Below, piece by piece: positions 49,127 through 58,989 of a stretch of DNA of 64,000 nucleotides. The notes below the pieces were generated by a model. It saw nothing but the letters and a program-made list of their open reading frames with translations. It had not been told where the DNA came from and searched no databases. Numbering within the stretch: position 1 is the first letter of the stretch; every line of letters begins with the position of its first letter. The translations under genes and the position numbers were made by a program. Source of the stretch: Gemmatimonadaceae bacterium (lineage in GTDB: Bacteria; Gemmatimonadota; Gemmatimonadetes; Gemmatimonadales; Gemmatimonadaceae). The stretch lies in the NCBI GenBank assembly GCA_045803545.1, contig JBJMOW010000002.1, positions 96,001 to 160,000 of the forward strand, written 5' to 3'.

Positions 49127-49942
49127 CTACTCGCGGTTGGAAAGGGCGGGCGGAGCGATGCCGGCGGACTTGATGAACGTCGCGCGCTTGTCATCGCTGG
49201 ATACCAGGCCGTCACGAAGCACGATGACGCGGCGCGCGTGAGCGGCGATGTCGGGCTCGTGGGTGACCATGATGACGGTCTGCCCCTGCTCGGCCAGTCC
49301 CTCGAACACGCGCATGATTTCTTCCGAAGTCGTCGAGTCGAGATTACCGGTCGGTTCGTCGGCAAGGAGAATGGATGGTTTGTTGACCAACGCGCGTGCG
49401 ATGGCGACGCGTTGCCGTTGACCGCCGGACAGCTCATTCGGCCGGTGATTGATGCGGTCGCCGAGTTGAACCCGCTCCAGCGCCTCAATCGCGCGTTGTT
49501 TTCTGTTGTCACCGGAAACGCCGGCATAGACGAGAGGCAGCTCGACGTTGTGGAGAGCAGTCGCGCGCGGGAGGAGGTTGAAAGTCTGAAAGACGAACCC
49601 GATTTCCTTGTTCCGCACGCGCGCCAGCTCGTCTTCGTCTTTCTCGGAAACGATCGTGCCGTTAAGCCAATACTCGCCGGCAGTTGGCGTATCGAGACAG
49701 CCGATCAGGTTCATCAGCGTCGATTTGCCGGAGCCTGACGGACCCATGATCGCCACGTATTCGTTGCGTCTGATCGCGATGTCGACACCACGCAGGGCTT
49801 TAACGACTTCGCCGCCCATGTCGTAGTCCCGTCGCAGGCCGCGTGTGACGATTACCCAGTCTTTCTCCGGTGCCGCGCCTGTGTTCGCGGCAACTGCCTG
49901 ACGCTCAGCGGTGGTGCTGAGCGGAATTTCTTCAGTGTGCAT
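49127..49942 (-). CDS. ABC transporter ATP-binding protein (LolD/MacB-like)
   Basis: [32 protein letters not shown]. Confidence 0.95.
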   Translation of the reverse strand: MHTEEIPLSTTAERQAVAANTGAAPEKDWVIVTRGLRRDYDMGGEVVKALRGVDIAIRRNEYVAIMGPSGSGKSTLMNLIGCLDTPTAGEYWLNGTIVSEKDEDELARVRNKEIGFVFQTFNLLPRATALHNVELPLVYAGVSGDNRKQRAIEALERVQLGDRINHRPNELSGGQRQRVAIARALVNKPSILLADEPTGNLDSTTSEEIMRVFEGLAEQGQTVIMVTHEPDIAAHARRVIVLRDGLVSSDDKRATFIKSAGIAPPALSNRE

Positions 49943-51231
49943 TATGATTTGGCGACTTCGCCCGGCTTCTTGGGCTGTTCCTTCTGCGCGCGCACGGTTG
50001 CGCCATCCTTGAGCTCGCGGATTGCCTGATACGTGCCACCGACGATGTTTTCCCCTTCCTTGAGCCCGTTCACGACTTCGAAGTACTTCTCGCCCGCGAT
50101 ACCAACCTTTACGGGGCGGAAGCCGACTTTGCTGTTGGCGCCGACCACGAATACGCCTTCGATATCCCGCTTTCCGACCTCCTTCGTTGGCCCTCGCTTC
50201 GCCAGAGTCAATGCAGTATCCGGCTTCACACTATCCTCGCGCACGGTCAGCGCGATGATCGGAATCGACAGCACGCTGTTGCGGATCGATGTGATGATCT
50301 TGGCAGTCGCTGAAAAATCCGGGCGCGTGTCGGGCGGCGCGTTGAGAAGCTGGATCGTGACTTCATAGTCGATCGCCTGGTCCGTCGAACCGCCGGTTCC
50401 ACCGGTGCTCGCGGCCTTCACCGAGCTGTTGGAGATGTCGGTGACGCGGCCGACAAAAGTCGTATCCGGGAACGCATCGAGCTGCACGACCGTCGAATCG
50501 CCGATCTTGATGCGCGAGACGTCGGTTTCATCGACCTTCACCTTCGTCTCGAGCACGCTCATGTCACTGATGGTGAGCATGGTGGCGGCGTCCTTGTTGA
50601 ATGTGCCCTGGATCGCCGTCTCGCCCTGCTCGACGCTCAGCCTCGTGATGCGGCCGCTCATCGGTGCAACGATCGTCGTCTTGCTCAACAACGACTGCGA
50701 GTCGCGCAGAGATGCATTCGCCTGATCGACGGCGTGCGTGGCCGCCTCAAGTGCCGCCTGGTTTACATCGAGCTGGGTGCGGAGTTGTTCAATCTGCTCA
50801 TCGGATACGAGCGTTGGATTTGCCTTCTTGAGGGCCATCAAACGATCGTAGTTGCGTTGCGCCTGGAGCACGGCGGGCTTGGCTTGTGCCGCCTGCGCCT
50901 TGGCCGATGCGACCGCTGCCACAGCGCGCTCGACTGACGCGCGATACTGTGACGGGTCGATCTCCAGCAGGAACTGGCCGGAGGTCACCATCTGACCTTC
51001 CTTCACCGCCAGGCGCACAATGCGTCCGCTGATGTCGGCGCTAATGTCAACCTTGGTGTGCGGCTGTACTTGTCCGCTCGCTGTCACCGACGCAACCAGA
51101 TCACGACGTTGGACTTTCTCGATCCGCACCTCGGTCGCCTTGTTGCGGCCCTTCATCGCGCTTGTCACGCCGATGATCAGGACGGCGAGGCCAATCGCGC
51201 CGGCTACCGTCCACTTGGTTCTTTTCTTCAT
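49942..51231 (-). CDS. Efflux periplasmic adaptor (MacA/HlyD-like)
   Basis: N-terminal anchor, lipoyl half-motifs (SGRI..L.VKEGQ.V and I.APMSG.I), coiled-coil hairpin. Confidence 0.92.
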   Translation of the reverse strand: MKKRTKWTVAGAIGLAVLIIGVTSAMKGRNKATEVRIEKVQRRDLVASVTASGQVQPHTKVDISADISGRIVRLAVKEGQMVTSGQFLLEIDPSQYRASVERAVAAVASAKAQAAQAKPAVLQAQRNYDRLMALKKANPTLVSDEQIEQLRTQLDVNQAALEAATHAVDQANASLRDSQSLLSKTTIVAPMSGRITRLSVEQGETAIQGTFNKDAATMLTISDMSVLETKVKVDETDVSRIKIGDSTVVQLDAFPDTTFVGRVTDISNSSVKAASTGGTGGSTDQAIDYEVTIQLLNAPPDTRPDFSATAKIITSIRNSVLSIPIIALTVREDSVKPDTALTLAKRGPTKEVGKRDIEGVFVVGANSKVGFRPVKVGIAGEKYFEVVNGLKEGENIVGGTYQAIRELKDGATVRAQKEQPKKPGEVAKS

Positions 51232-51242
51232 TTGTCGTCCGA

Positions 51243-52727
51243 TTAGCGAAGGGAATGCCCAACGGCGCTTTCAAGAGCGGCGAAGGCTTTGTGGTAGTCG
51301 TAAATCGCGGTGATTCGTTCACTCTCCGCGCGCTCGTATGTCGCCCGCGCTTCGGTGAGGTCAACGTACGTCGTTGCGCCGATTCTGTAGCGGTCCTGGA
51401 CGAGCTTGAGCTCCTGCTTCGCCTTGGCGCCGTTCTGCTCCTGCAGCGCGACAGTTTTCTCCGCTGTCTGCAGTATCAGATATGCCGCGGTGACATCTGC
51501 GGTCAGCGCCAGCTCCTTTGCGCGAACCAGGTAGCGCGCGTCGGAGCGGTTCGCCTGCGCTTCCTGCAGCCGCTGCTCGCGCGCGAATCCATCGAAGATC
51601 GGCAGCGACAAAGTCGCGCTCACGCTACGGGGTGACTTCGTGAAACTGAAAGGAAACTTCGCGTTCTGATCGCGAATCGACTGCGCATCAGTGCTGGTGA
51701 ACTCCATTGCCGTGCATTGGGAAAGCTGGTTCGTCAGACCTAAAGCGGCGCGAACTTCTTCCGTCCGGATGCAGCTGGCGCGGCTCGCCTCGAGATTCGC
51801 AGCCGCCTGCTGAACGGGGAAAGCCGAGTTGGCGAAGCCGTAGGTGTAACCACCGATGCCAGTGCTGAGCGTCAGCGTCGGAGAGTACTCACCCTTCTCG
51901 CGGCGCACGTTGAGATCCGCAACGTGCTGGCGTGAGCGAAGAGCCAGCACACTCGGGTTTTGCTGCTGCGCCAGCGCGAGAAGGTCATTCAGACTTTGGC
52001 GAATCGGTGTAACGACAAACTCAGTCACCAGCTTCACATTCGGCGGCTGCTGGGTCCCCATCAACTGAAACAGTCTCAGCTTCTCGATATCGACCTGACT
52101 GCGCGCCTTGAGCGCCTGTACCTTTTGCAGACCGAGTGCGACGTCTGCGCGCTGGATGTCGAGCTGGGTCCCAGAACCGACGATTTCACGAGCCTGCGCC
52201 AATACCAGCTCCTGCTGCGCTGCGACAACGAGCGAGTCCTCCAGATCGGCATTGGCCTCCGCCTGCAACGTCGTCAGGTACTGTTGCGAGACAGAGTTAC
52301 GAAGGGTTTCCGTGGCGCCGGTGATGTCCGCCTCGACTGCGTCACGATTCGCGCGCTGCAGACTGGGCGTGATAAGAGTTGCGCTGTTGAGGCGATAGCC
52401 GAATCCAATCTCATAACTCGACTGATTGACGTCCGAGCTGGCCCCCAGGCTGGTGCCGCTGAAAATCTGCTGGCCGCCCTGCTGGCGCTGAATGTTGAAC
52501 GAGGCGTCCGCGGTCGGGAGCAACGCACCGTAGGCGCTCCGCACGGCGGCTTGGGCTCCGATGCGGTTGTTGAGGGTCTGCTGGAGCTCCGGATTGTTCC
52601 GCCGCGCCAGCGCGATCGCCTGGTCAATCGTAAGTGTTGTCGTGGCCGTGGTATCCGTCGCAGTACTCTGCGCGGATGCGCGTGCGCTGACGACGACTAG
52701 ACCGATGAGAATCAGTGTTCGCTTCAT
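51243..52727 (-). CDS. TolC-family outer-membrane efflux protein
   Basis: Signal peptide MKRTLIL, LT..QAI..A..NNP, LSLPIFDG, RY..G. Confidence 0.9.
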   Translation of the reverse strand: MKRTLILIGLVVVSARASAQSTATDTTATTTLTIDQAIALARRNNPELQQTLNNRIGAQAAVRSAYGALLPTADASFNIQRQQGGQQIFSGTSLGASSDVNQSSYEIGFGYRLNSATLITPSLQRANRDAVEADITGATETLRNSVSQQYLTTLQAEANADLEDSLVVAAQQELVLAQAREIVGSGTQLDIQRADVALGLQKVQALKARSQVDIEKLRLFQLMGTQQPPNVKLVTEFVVTPIRQSLNDLLALAQQQNPSVLALRSRQHVADLNVRREKGEYSPTLTLSTGIGGYTYGFANSAFPVQQAAANLEASRASCIRTEEVRAALGLTNQLSQCTAMEFTSTDAQSIRDQNAKFPFSFTKSPRSVSATLSLPIFDGFAREQRLQEAQANRSDARYLVRAKELALTADVTAAYLILQTAEKTVALQEQNGAKAKQELKLVQDRYRIGATTYVDLTEARATYERAESERITAIYDYHKAFAALESAVGHSLR

Positions 52728-52853
52728 TATGGGAGAGGTGAGCTTTTTGACAATGTACGGGCAACTATACAACAGAGTTTCAGGCCCGAACACAGGAAGT
52801 TTTCTTAAGAAACGGTTAACTCCCAGCCTCGCCGAAGATCCTACGGCGTAGCG

Positions 52854-53600
52854 CTACTCGGTTGGTGCCGGCGCCAGGAATATGCGGTCGCTGATCTTGG
52901 CGTAAATGCGATCGTAAAGGAGCTTGCCCTTTTCGGCAGAGGCCAGCGAAGGGCGGCCGATGGATCCCGCGCTTCCGCTCGGGACGGTCAGCCACCCGCG
53001 TCGGTACCGACGTAGCTGCTCGCGGGACATCATGTAGTCCTGTGCGAGATCCAGATTCACCATTTCCGGCTGCAGGAACAGCATGATCGAGGTGTCGACT
53101 TCATCTCCGTGCATCGCTTCGCGCTGACCTTCCAGCAGATCGGAGAGATTGACGCCAAAAATGTCTACGACTCTGACGCGGGCCGCAGTCGTGATTACCG
53201 TTGCGAGTGCTTCCTGATGTGGATCGTGCCCGTGCGCCGTCAGCAGAATGAATTCGCGAACGCCCGTCGCCTCCCAGGAGTCGATCAGATCGTTGAGCAT
53301 CCGATGCAGCGTCTTTTTGCGCAGCGATGCGTTGCCGGTAAACCCGCGCTCCGTATCGACGTTGACTCCGTACTCCACCGTCGGAGCGCGCAAGACGCCA
53401 TATTCTGCGGACAGATCATCGGCCATGCGCTCGACGATGATGGTGTCGACGCCAAGCGGGAGATGAGGTCCGTGCTGCTCACACGTGCCGATGGGTATGA
53501 TAAGACGCGGATCATTGCCGAGCGCAGCGGTGACCTGTGCCGGGTTCAGCTCCTTTACGCGGAGCGCACCTGTTGTCGGAAGTGGGGAGGGAAGGCTCAT
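52854..53600 (-). CDS. Creatininase/MftE-like amidohydrolase
   Basis: IP.G..EQHGPHLPLG.D, AHGH, HGDEVDTS, G.P..ASAEKG. Confidence 0.85.
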   Translation of the reverse strand: MSLPSPLPTTGALRVKELNPAQVTAALGNDPRLIIPIGTCEQHGPHLPLGVDTIIVERMADDLSAEYGVLRAPTVEYGVNVDTERGFTGNASLRKKTLHRMLNDLIDSWEATGVREFILLTAHGHDPHQEALATVITTAARVRVVDIFGVNLSDLLEGQREAMHGDEVDTSIMLFLQPEMVNLDLAQDYMMSREQLRRYRRGWLTVPSGSAGSIGRPSLASAEKGKLLYDRIYAKISDRIFLAPAPTE

Positions 53601-53652
53601 CGCGTCGAGTCGTAGACTCAATCTAAGAAGTGGCCGGTTCGCCCGCGGCGCA

Positions 53653-56600
53653 ATGCTCGCCGCGGGCGCGGTTCCGCTGCTCCTCATCGCGCTCTGGGTC
53701 AGAACCCCCACTCTCCCGCGCACCGCGGGGGGCGGCAGCGGAAACGGCGCCGAGTCACTCAATGCGGCTGAGGGAGCGATTCGAGCTTTGGAGCGAGCGC
53801 TCGACGAAACACGAACGCGATTGGCGACACAGGCAAGCTCGGCACTGGATGCGCCAACTGATCCCGCGGTCGCATTTGATTATCTCGCAAAGCGATCTAC
53901 GGTTCGGGAAGGCGAGGCGATTGTGCTTTACAGCGACAATCAACCAATCGCATGGACCGGCGCGATGCGCACCGATCCTGAATCGCTTAGGGCTCCAATT
54001 TCTGTAACGTTCAGTCCCTTCTATACCACGCTTAACGTCGTCGCCACGCGTGGCCCGCGACGCGCGGTGGCTTCGGCCGTGCTCGAGGCGTTTCCTCCAG
54101 CCGATCGATTCACCCAAACACTCGAGAACCTTCTCGCGGCGCAGCAGGGCGTGACCGGATACGATTTCTCCCCGCCGACTAATGCCCGCGGCGGACCGAT
54201 TGTCCTGACGGCTGAGAAAGCGCCGATCGTGCGCGCAATTCCGCGACTCGCCACGCCTGAAGAAATGCGTTTTCGACGCGCTTCGTCTCTGCGCGCGGGC
54301 GGTACCATTGGCCTGGTCATCCTCGCCCTGGCTTTTCTGTTCTTTGCATGGCGTAGCAGCCGTCGGCAGCTCGCACCACGGCTGTTCGCAATCGCGATCG
54401 CTCTCGTCGTCACCGCTCTCGTACCGTGGAGCTCCTTCTCTAATACCTCGCGGCTGTTCGATCCGGCGTTCTACTTTGCAAAGCTGGCTGGCCCGCTGAC
54501 CGCTAACGCAGCGGCACTCTCCATCAGCTCCGCACTTATTCTGCTCGCAGTTTATGCAGTGATCCGCGCGGTTCCTGATCCGCGGTGGCCACGGTGGTAC
54601 GCCGTCGTCGGCGTGATCATCACCCTGGGCATAGGCATTCCGTTCGCCTCCAACATCGTCCGCGGCATCGGCCAGCCACCATGGGGAACGACGCCGGGGT
54701 TGTGGCTGACGTGGGAAGTGCCGCTTTTCGTTTTCCTGTTCGCGGTGCTTCTGCTCGCGTTCTGGCTGACGCGCATTGCTTTGCGGACTGAAGATCGAAT
54801 GGGGTTTAATGCGGTGCTGATTGTCGGAGTCATCGCCGCAATTGTCAGCCTCACTGCTCTCGCGTCGACGACGTCGCGCCAGCGAATGCAGCTCGGTGAG
54901 GAAGATGTCGCAGGGCTCGGTCATGTCGACGATTACGCTGTGCAACTCACCCGTCGCCTGGTCAGCTCGCTTGCCGGAACACCGCAACCGGTCACTCGCG
55001 CCGATTTGCTGAAGACCTACGCCAGCTCCGACCTCGCGGCGGCAGAGTACCCGGCGACGCTTGCGGCGTGGGATAAATCCGGACGCGAAATTTCCGAGCT
55101 GGCGACTGTCCCTGCTCTCAGCGATTCCGGGACGCTTACCAGCGCTGTTCGCGAAGCCCTTGTCGCGCAACAGCCGGTGCTGCGTAGCGTTCTCGGGCCG
55201 ACTGGCGTGCAGGTTCTGGCGGCGTTCGCAGACTCGACTGGGGCGACCTCAATCCTCGTGATGCCGCGTACACGCCTGCTCGCGACCGATCCGTACGCGG
55301 CGCTGCTTGGCATGGCCCCTCCCGCGGGCGGTGACCCACCGTATTTCGTCGTTCTAACTGACGTGTCGCCAGCAGTCGTCGCTGACACCCTGCGTGTGCG
55401 CTGGCATCGCACCGGCGACGAGCTGCATGGAGATCGTTTGATCTCGACGAGTTCGGGGACGATGCGCGCTCATGTTGAAATCGATCTGCGCTCCGTGTGG
55501 GCTCGCGGCGAGCGCGGGGTTCTCATCCTGTTGCTCGATTTACTGGTGGCTGGATTCCTCTGGCTATTGGGTGCAGTAGTCGAGAAAGGATTCGCGCGGT
55601 GGCTGCGCGTCCGTGCGGGACGGTGGATCTACACATACCATGCGAGACTGACGCTCGCCCTGTTCGCGTTCTTCGTCATCCCGGCGATCGCCTTCGCGCT
55701 GTGGTCGTACGAGCGCCTTCGCAGCGATGATCTCCAAACGCGCGAGGTGCTGGTGCATGAAACCTTACGAGCAGTTGTCTCGGGAAATGAGTATCAACAA
55801 CTGCCTGGCGCGTCGCGGCGGTTCGAGACGCCGCTATTTCTGTACACTAATAGTATGCTCGCCCAAACGAGCGATACTCTGCTCGACGTGCTGTCGCCAA
55901 TAGGCCGGCCGCTGCCGCCACCGGTTCAGCTTCGTTTGGGGACTGCCGGCGAAGTCGACGCGGCGTGGGAAACACAGCTCGGCGCGGCACGAATGCTCTT
56001 CGGATTTACGACCGCGCAAAGTCCGGCGCAGCAGCACTATGTATTGGCGGCGCCGGCGCGCAGCGATGATCTGACGCTCGATCGTCGGCGGCGAGATCTT
56101 GGAATTCTCGTGCTCTTCGCGACCGCAGCTGGTGCACTCGCTGCACTATGGTTGAGCGGCATCGCGGCGAGGCGACTGGCAGTTGACCTCGAGCTGAGCA
56201 GAATCGAAGTGGCGCGCGCGGAGCGTGTTTTGGCGTGGGGTGAAATGGCGCGGCAGATTGCGCACGAGATCAAGAATCCATTGACGCCGATCCGACTCGG
56301 CGTCCAGCACTTACGACGCGCCCGATCGGATCCGCGGCGAGATTTCGACGAAGTGCTGAACGAAAACGTCGGCCGCATCCTCGCGGAAATCGACCGCCTC
56401 GACGAAATCGCGCGATCTTTCAGCAGATACGGGAGCGCTCCAGCCGATCTGCCGTCGGCCGAGGCAGTCGATGTCGCAGCGGTCGTGAAGGACGTGGTCG
56501 GTCTCGAGCAAATGGGCGATCGCACGATCAAATGGCAGCTTCGTGGCGCGGATCGGCCTAGCTGGGCGATGGCGCGCAAGGACGAGATGCGCGATGTATT

Positions 56601-56892
56601 GCTGAATATCTTCGAGAACGCGCGACTCGCCGCGGCGCGACGCGTCGAGATCACGGTGCGTGAAGAAGAGCGCAAGGTGACGATCGTGACTGTCGACAAC
56701 GGCTCGGGTATTCCCGCGGCTGTGATGCCGAGGATCTTCGAGCCACATTTTTCAACGCGGACAACCGGTAGTGGACTCGGACTCGCGGTTACTCGAAGGC
56801 TGATCGAGTCGTGGGGAGGCGAGATTGCAATTACAAGTGAGGAAGGAATGGGCACGCGAGTGTTGATCGTATTGATGCGGAGCGAGCCTTGA
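53653..56892 (+). CDS. Large multi-pass membrane sensor histidine kinase
   Basis: AWGEMARQIAHEIKNPLTP H-box, N box, DNGSGI, FEPHFST, GSGLGL. Start uncertain. Confidence 0.92.
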   Translation: MLAAGAVPLLLIALWVRTPTLPRTAGGGSGNGAESLNAAEGAIRALERALDETRTRLATQASSALDAPTDPAVAFDYLAKRSTVREGEAIVLYSDNQPIAWTGAMRTDPESLRAPISVTFSPFYTTLNVVATRGPRRAVASAVLEAFPPADRFTQTLENLLAAQQGVTGYDFSPPTNARGGPIVLTAEKAPIVRAIPRLATPEEMRFRRASSLRAGGTIGLVILALAFLFFAWRSSRRQLAPRLFAIAIALVVTALVPWSSFSNTSRLFDPAFYFAKLAGPLTANAAALSISSALILLAVYAVIRAVPDPRWPRWYAVVGVIITLGIGIPFASNIVRGIGQPPWGTTPGLWLTWEVPLFVFLFAVLLLAFWLTRIALRTEDRMGFNAVLIVGVIAAIVSLTALASTTSRQRMQLGEEDVAGLGHVDDYAVQLTRRLVSSLAGTPQPVTRADLLKTYASSDLAAAEYPATLAAWDKSGREISELATVPALSDSGTLTSAVREALVAQQPVLRSVLGPTGVQVLAAFADSTGATSILVMPRTRLLATDPYAALLGMAPPAGGDPPYFVVLTDVSPAVVADTLRVRWHRTGDELHGDRLISTSSGTMRAHVEIDLRSVWARGERGVLILLLDLLVAGFLWLLGAVVEKGFARWLRVRAGRWIYTYHARLTLALFAFFVIPAIAFALWSYERLRSDDLQTREVLVHETLRAVVSGNEYQQLPGASRRFETPLFLYTNSMLAQTSDTLLDVLSPIGRPLPPPVQLRLGTAGEVDAAWETQLGAARMLFGFTTAQSPAQQHYVLAAPARSDDLTLDRRRRDLGILVLFATAAGALAALWLSGIAARRLAVDLELSRIEVARAERVLAWGEMARQIAHEIKNPLTPIRLGVQHLRRARSDPRRDFDEVLNENVGRILAEIDRLDEIARSFSRYGSAPADLPSAEAVDVAAVVKDVVGLEQMGDRTIKWQLRGADRPSWAMARKDEMRDVLLNIFENARLAAARRVEITVREEERKVTIVTVDNGSGIPAAVMPRIFEPHFSTRTTGSGLGLAVTRRLIESWGGEIAITSEEGMGTRVLIVLMRSEP

Positions 56893-58673
56893 GCGGAGGA
56901 GTGAGTCGCGGCGTAGTCACACCGCGCGCGACGAAAGTTCTGCCCCCGCACATCATGGAGTGGCAGCTACCGCCGGACTGGAGCTGGGGTCCGGGCGGAA
57001 TGGTCGGCGACTATCGTCACTACCAGGAGGTGCTCGATGCGCTCGGCCGATCGCTCTCGCTCGTAACTGCTCCTGATCCAGCGCACGCGGATTGGCTATT
57101 CGAGGAGGCGAAGCAGCTCGCGCATCGGAGCCATCCTTCGATCCCGACGACGTATCACTACTGGACTTTCTATCGTGAGGGACGTCGCGGCCCCGGCTAT
57201 CTGCGCCGGTGGATCACCGGTGAAACGTTGCGGGCGCGGTTGGCCCGGCTTGGTCTCGCCGACATTCCGTACGTATTTCAAATGCTGCGCGGCGCGTGTT
57301 CGACGCTCGCTTATCTGCACGAGACGGGGATAGCTCACGGGGGACTCAATGGTGACGCGTTATGGACGACGCCAACCGGTCGGCTGTGGATGTTGGAATG
57401 GCAGTGGGCAGTGCCACGCGCGATGATTCCGCCAGGCGTAAAGCCGGGCAGCGGACCACTCGATCTGCGGTCGGGTGATACGACGCGACCGCTGCGAGCA
57501 GAGCTGTCGTTGATGCCGCCGGAGTGGGATGGAAGAGATTGGGCACCGACGCCCGCCAGCGATCAGTGGCAGCTCGCTGCGATGTGCTTCACCGCGCTGA
57601 GCGGCGAGCAGCCGCCGATGGTGGGAGTACCGCCGATCAAGCTGGTCCGACCAGAGACTCCCGAAGCGCTGGCGACAGCGCTCGATCGTGCGCTGTCGCC
57701 GAACCCGGACGATCGATTCCCGTCGGTTGCGGTGCTATTGCGTGCTGTGGAGCGCGGCGATCCGTCGCGCTCGGTTGCAATGGTTCGCGGCGAGCCAGAT
57801 CGAAGCGTCGGTGATTCGGGTGAAGCGCGGGTTCGATGGGCGGTCGGAGACGATTACGAGATTTTATCGAGACTAGGTGTCGGCGCGTTTGGGACGGTGT
57901 GGCGAGCGCGTGATTTGTCACTAGAGCGCGAGGTGGCGCTCAAGGCTTTGCATCCATCGATCGCGCGCGATGACAAGGCAGTCCGCGCGTTCTGGCGCGA
58001 AGCGAGACTTGCCGCGCAGTTGGCGCATCCGGCGATCGTTCCGATTTACGACTGGGATTCGAGCGGTGATCTGGCTTGGTACACCATGGAGCTTGCGGAG
58101 GAGGGAAGTGTAGCGAGCCTGGTCGCCCGCTCCGGACCGCGACAGATCAACGAAATCGCGACGCAGGTCGAACAGATCATTGATGCACTGGTAGTCGCGC
58201 ATGCGAACGGCATTCTCCATCGCGACCTGAAGCCTGAGAACATTCTCATCGATCGTTATCAGCGGTGGCGCATCACCGACTTCGGTATCGCGAACGTTAC
58301 GGGCGAAGAAGCTCCGGGCACTACGGGCACGCCAGCCTTCGCGGCGCCTGAGCAGCTTCTGGGAGAGCCGCAAGGTCCCGCCGCTGATTATTTCGCGCTG
58401 GCGGGTATCGTTTATTTCGCGCTGACGGGCGACGTACCTTTTGGCGAAGACGATGCGAAAGCAATACTTGGCAGACAGCTGAATGAAAGCGCCGATCTCG
58501 CACCATTTCCGAGCGTAATGGTGGCCTGGTTTCGAACCGCTTTTGCAGCGCGACCGGAGGACCGTTTTGCCGACGGAACCGCAATGAAGGAAGCGTGGAA
58601 ATCCGCCTCTGACAAAGTCTTGGCGCGACAGCGCGGGTCCTGGTGGCGTCGCAAGGGAACAAAAAGGCCGTAA
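56889..58673 (+). CDS. Ser/Thr protein kinase with an N-terminal degenerate kinase domain
   Basis: C-terminal LGVGAFGTVW, VALK, HRDLKPEN, DFG, APE. N-terminal kinase-like fold with altered motifs. Confidence 0.88.
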   Translation: MSGGVSRGVVTPRATKVLPPHIMEWQLPPDWSWGPGGMVGDYRHYQEVLDALGRSLSLVTAPDPAHADWLFEEAKQLAHRSHPSIPTTYHYWTFYREGRRGPGYLRRWITGETLRARLARLGLADIPYVFQMLRGACSTLAYLHETGIAHGGLNGDALWTTPTGRLWMLEWQWAVPRAMIPPGVKPGSGPLDLRSGDTTRPLRAELSLMPPEWDGRDWAPTPASDQWQLAAMCFTALSGEQPPMVGVPPIKLVRPETPEALATALDRALSPNPDDRFPSVAVLLRAVERGDPSRSVAMVRGEPDRSVGDSGEARVRWAVGDDYEILSRLGVGAFGTVWRARDLSLEREVALKALHPSIARDDKAVRAFWREARLAAQLAHPAIVPIYDWDSSGDLAWYTMELAEEGSVASLVARSGPRQINEIATQVEQIIDALVVAHANGILHRDLKPENILIDRYQRWRITDFGIANVTGEEAPGTTGTPAFAAPEQLLGEPQGPAADYFALAGIVYFALTGDVPFGEDDAKAILGRQLNESADLAPFPSVMVAWFRTAFAARPEDRFADGTAMKEAWKSASDKVLARQRGSWWRRKGTKRP

Positions 58674-58719
58674 GCTTCGCTGCCACAGTCAGCTACGCAT
58701 TTTCAGGGGACGTCTCTAA

Positions 58720-58736
58720 CTGGCGTGGCACTTGCA
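58720..58736 (+). promoter_or_regulatory. Candidate sigma54 -24/-12 promoter
   Basis: cTGGCgtggcacTTGCa matches TGGC-N7-TTGCW, upstream of the OmpA-family gene. Confidence 0.6.
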
Positions 58737-58989
58737 AGCCGTCTTGACCACGACGAGAACGGATACCGTTGTCACAAATCGGCGGGGTGTGACTAATGTT
58801 TGTCGCACCGTTTTTAGCGGCGTGCATCACTAGCGTCCCCGCAAAGATTTGCTAGTTTGTCCGATTGTGAGGGGAGAGGGTCTGAAGAGTGCAATTGCAT
58901 TCACTGGGCATACATCCTGCCTCACGAGCGCGACGTGCAACCGCGGTAACCGCTGTAAAAGTATCTCCACCTTTTCAGAGGAACCAATC

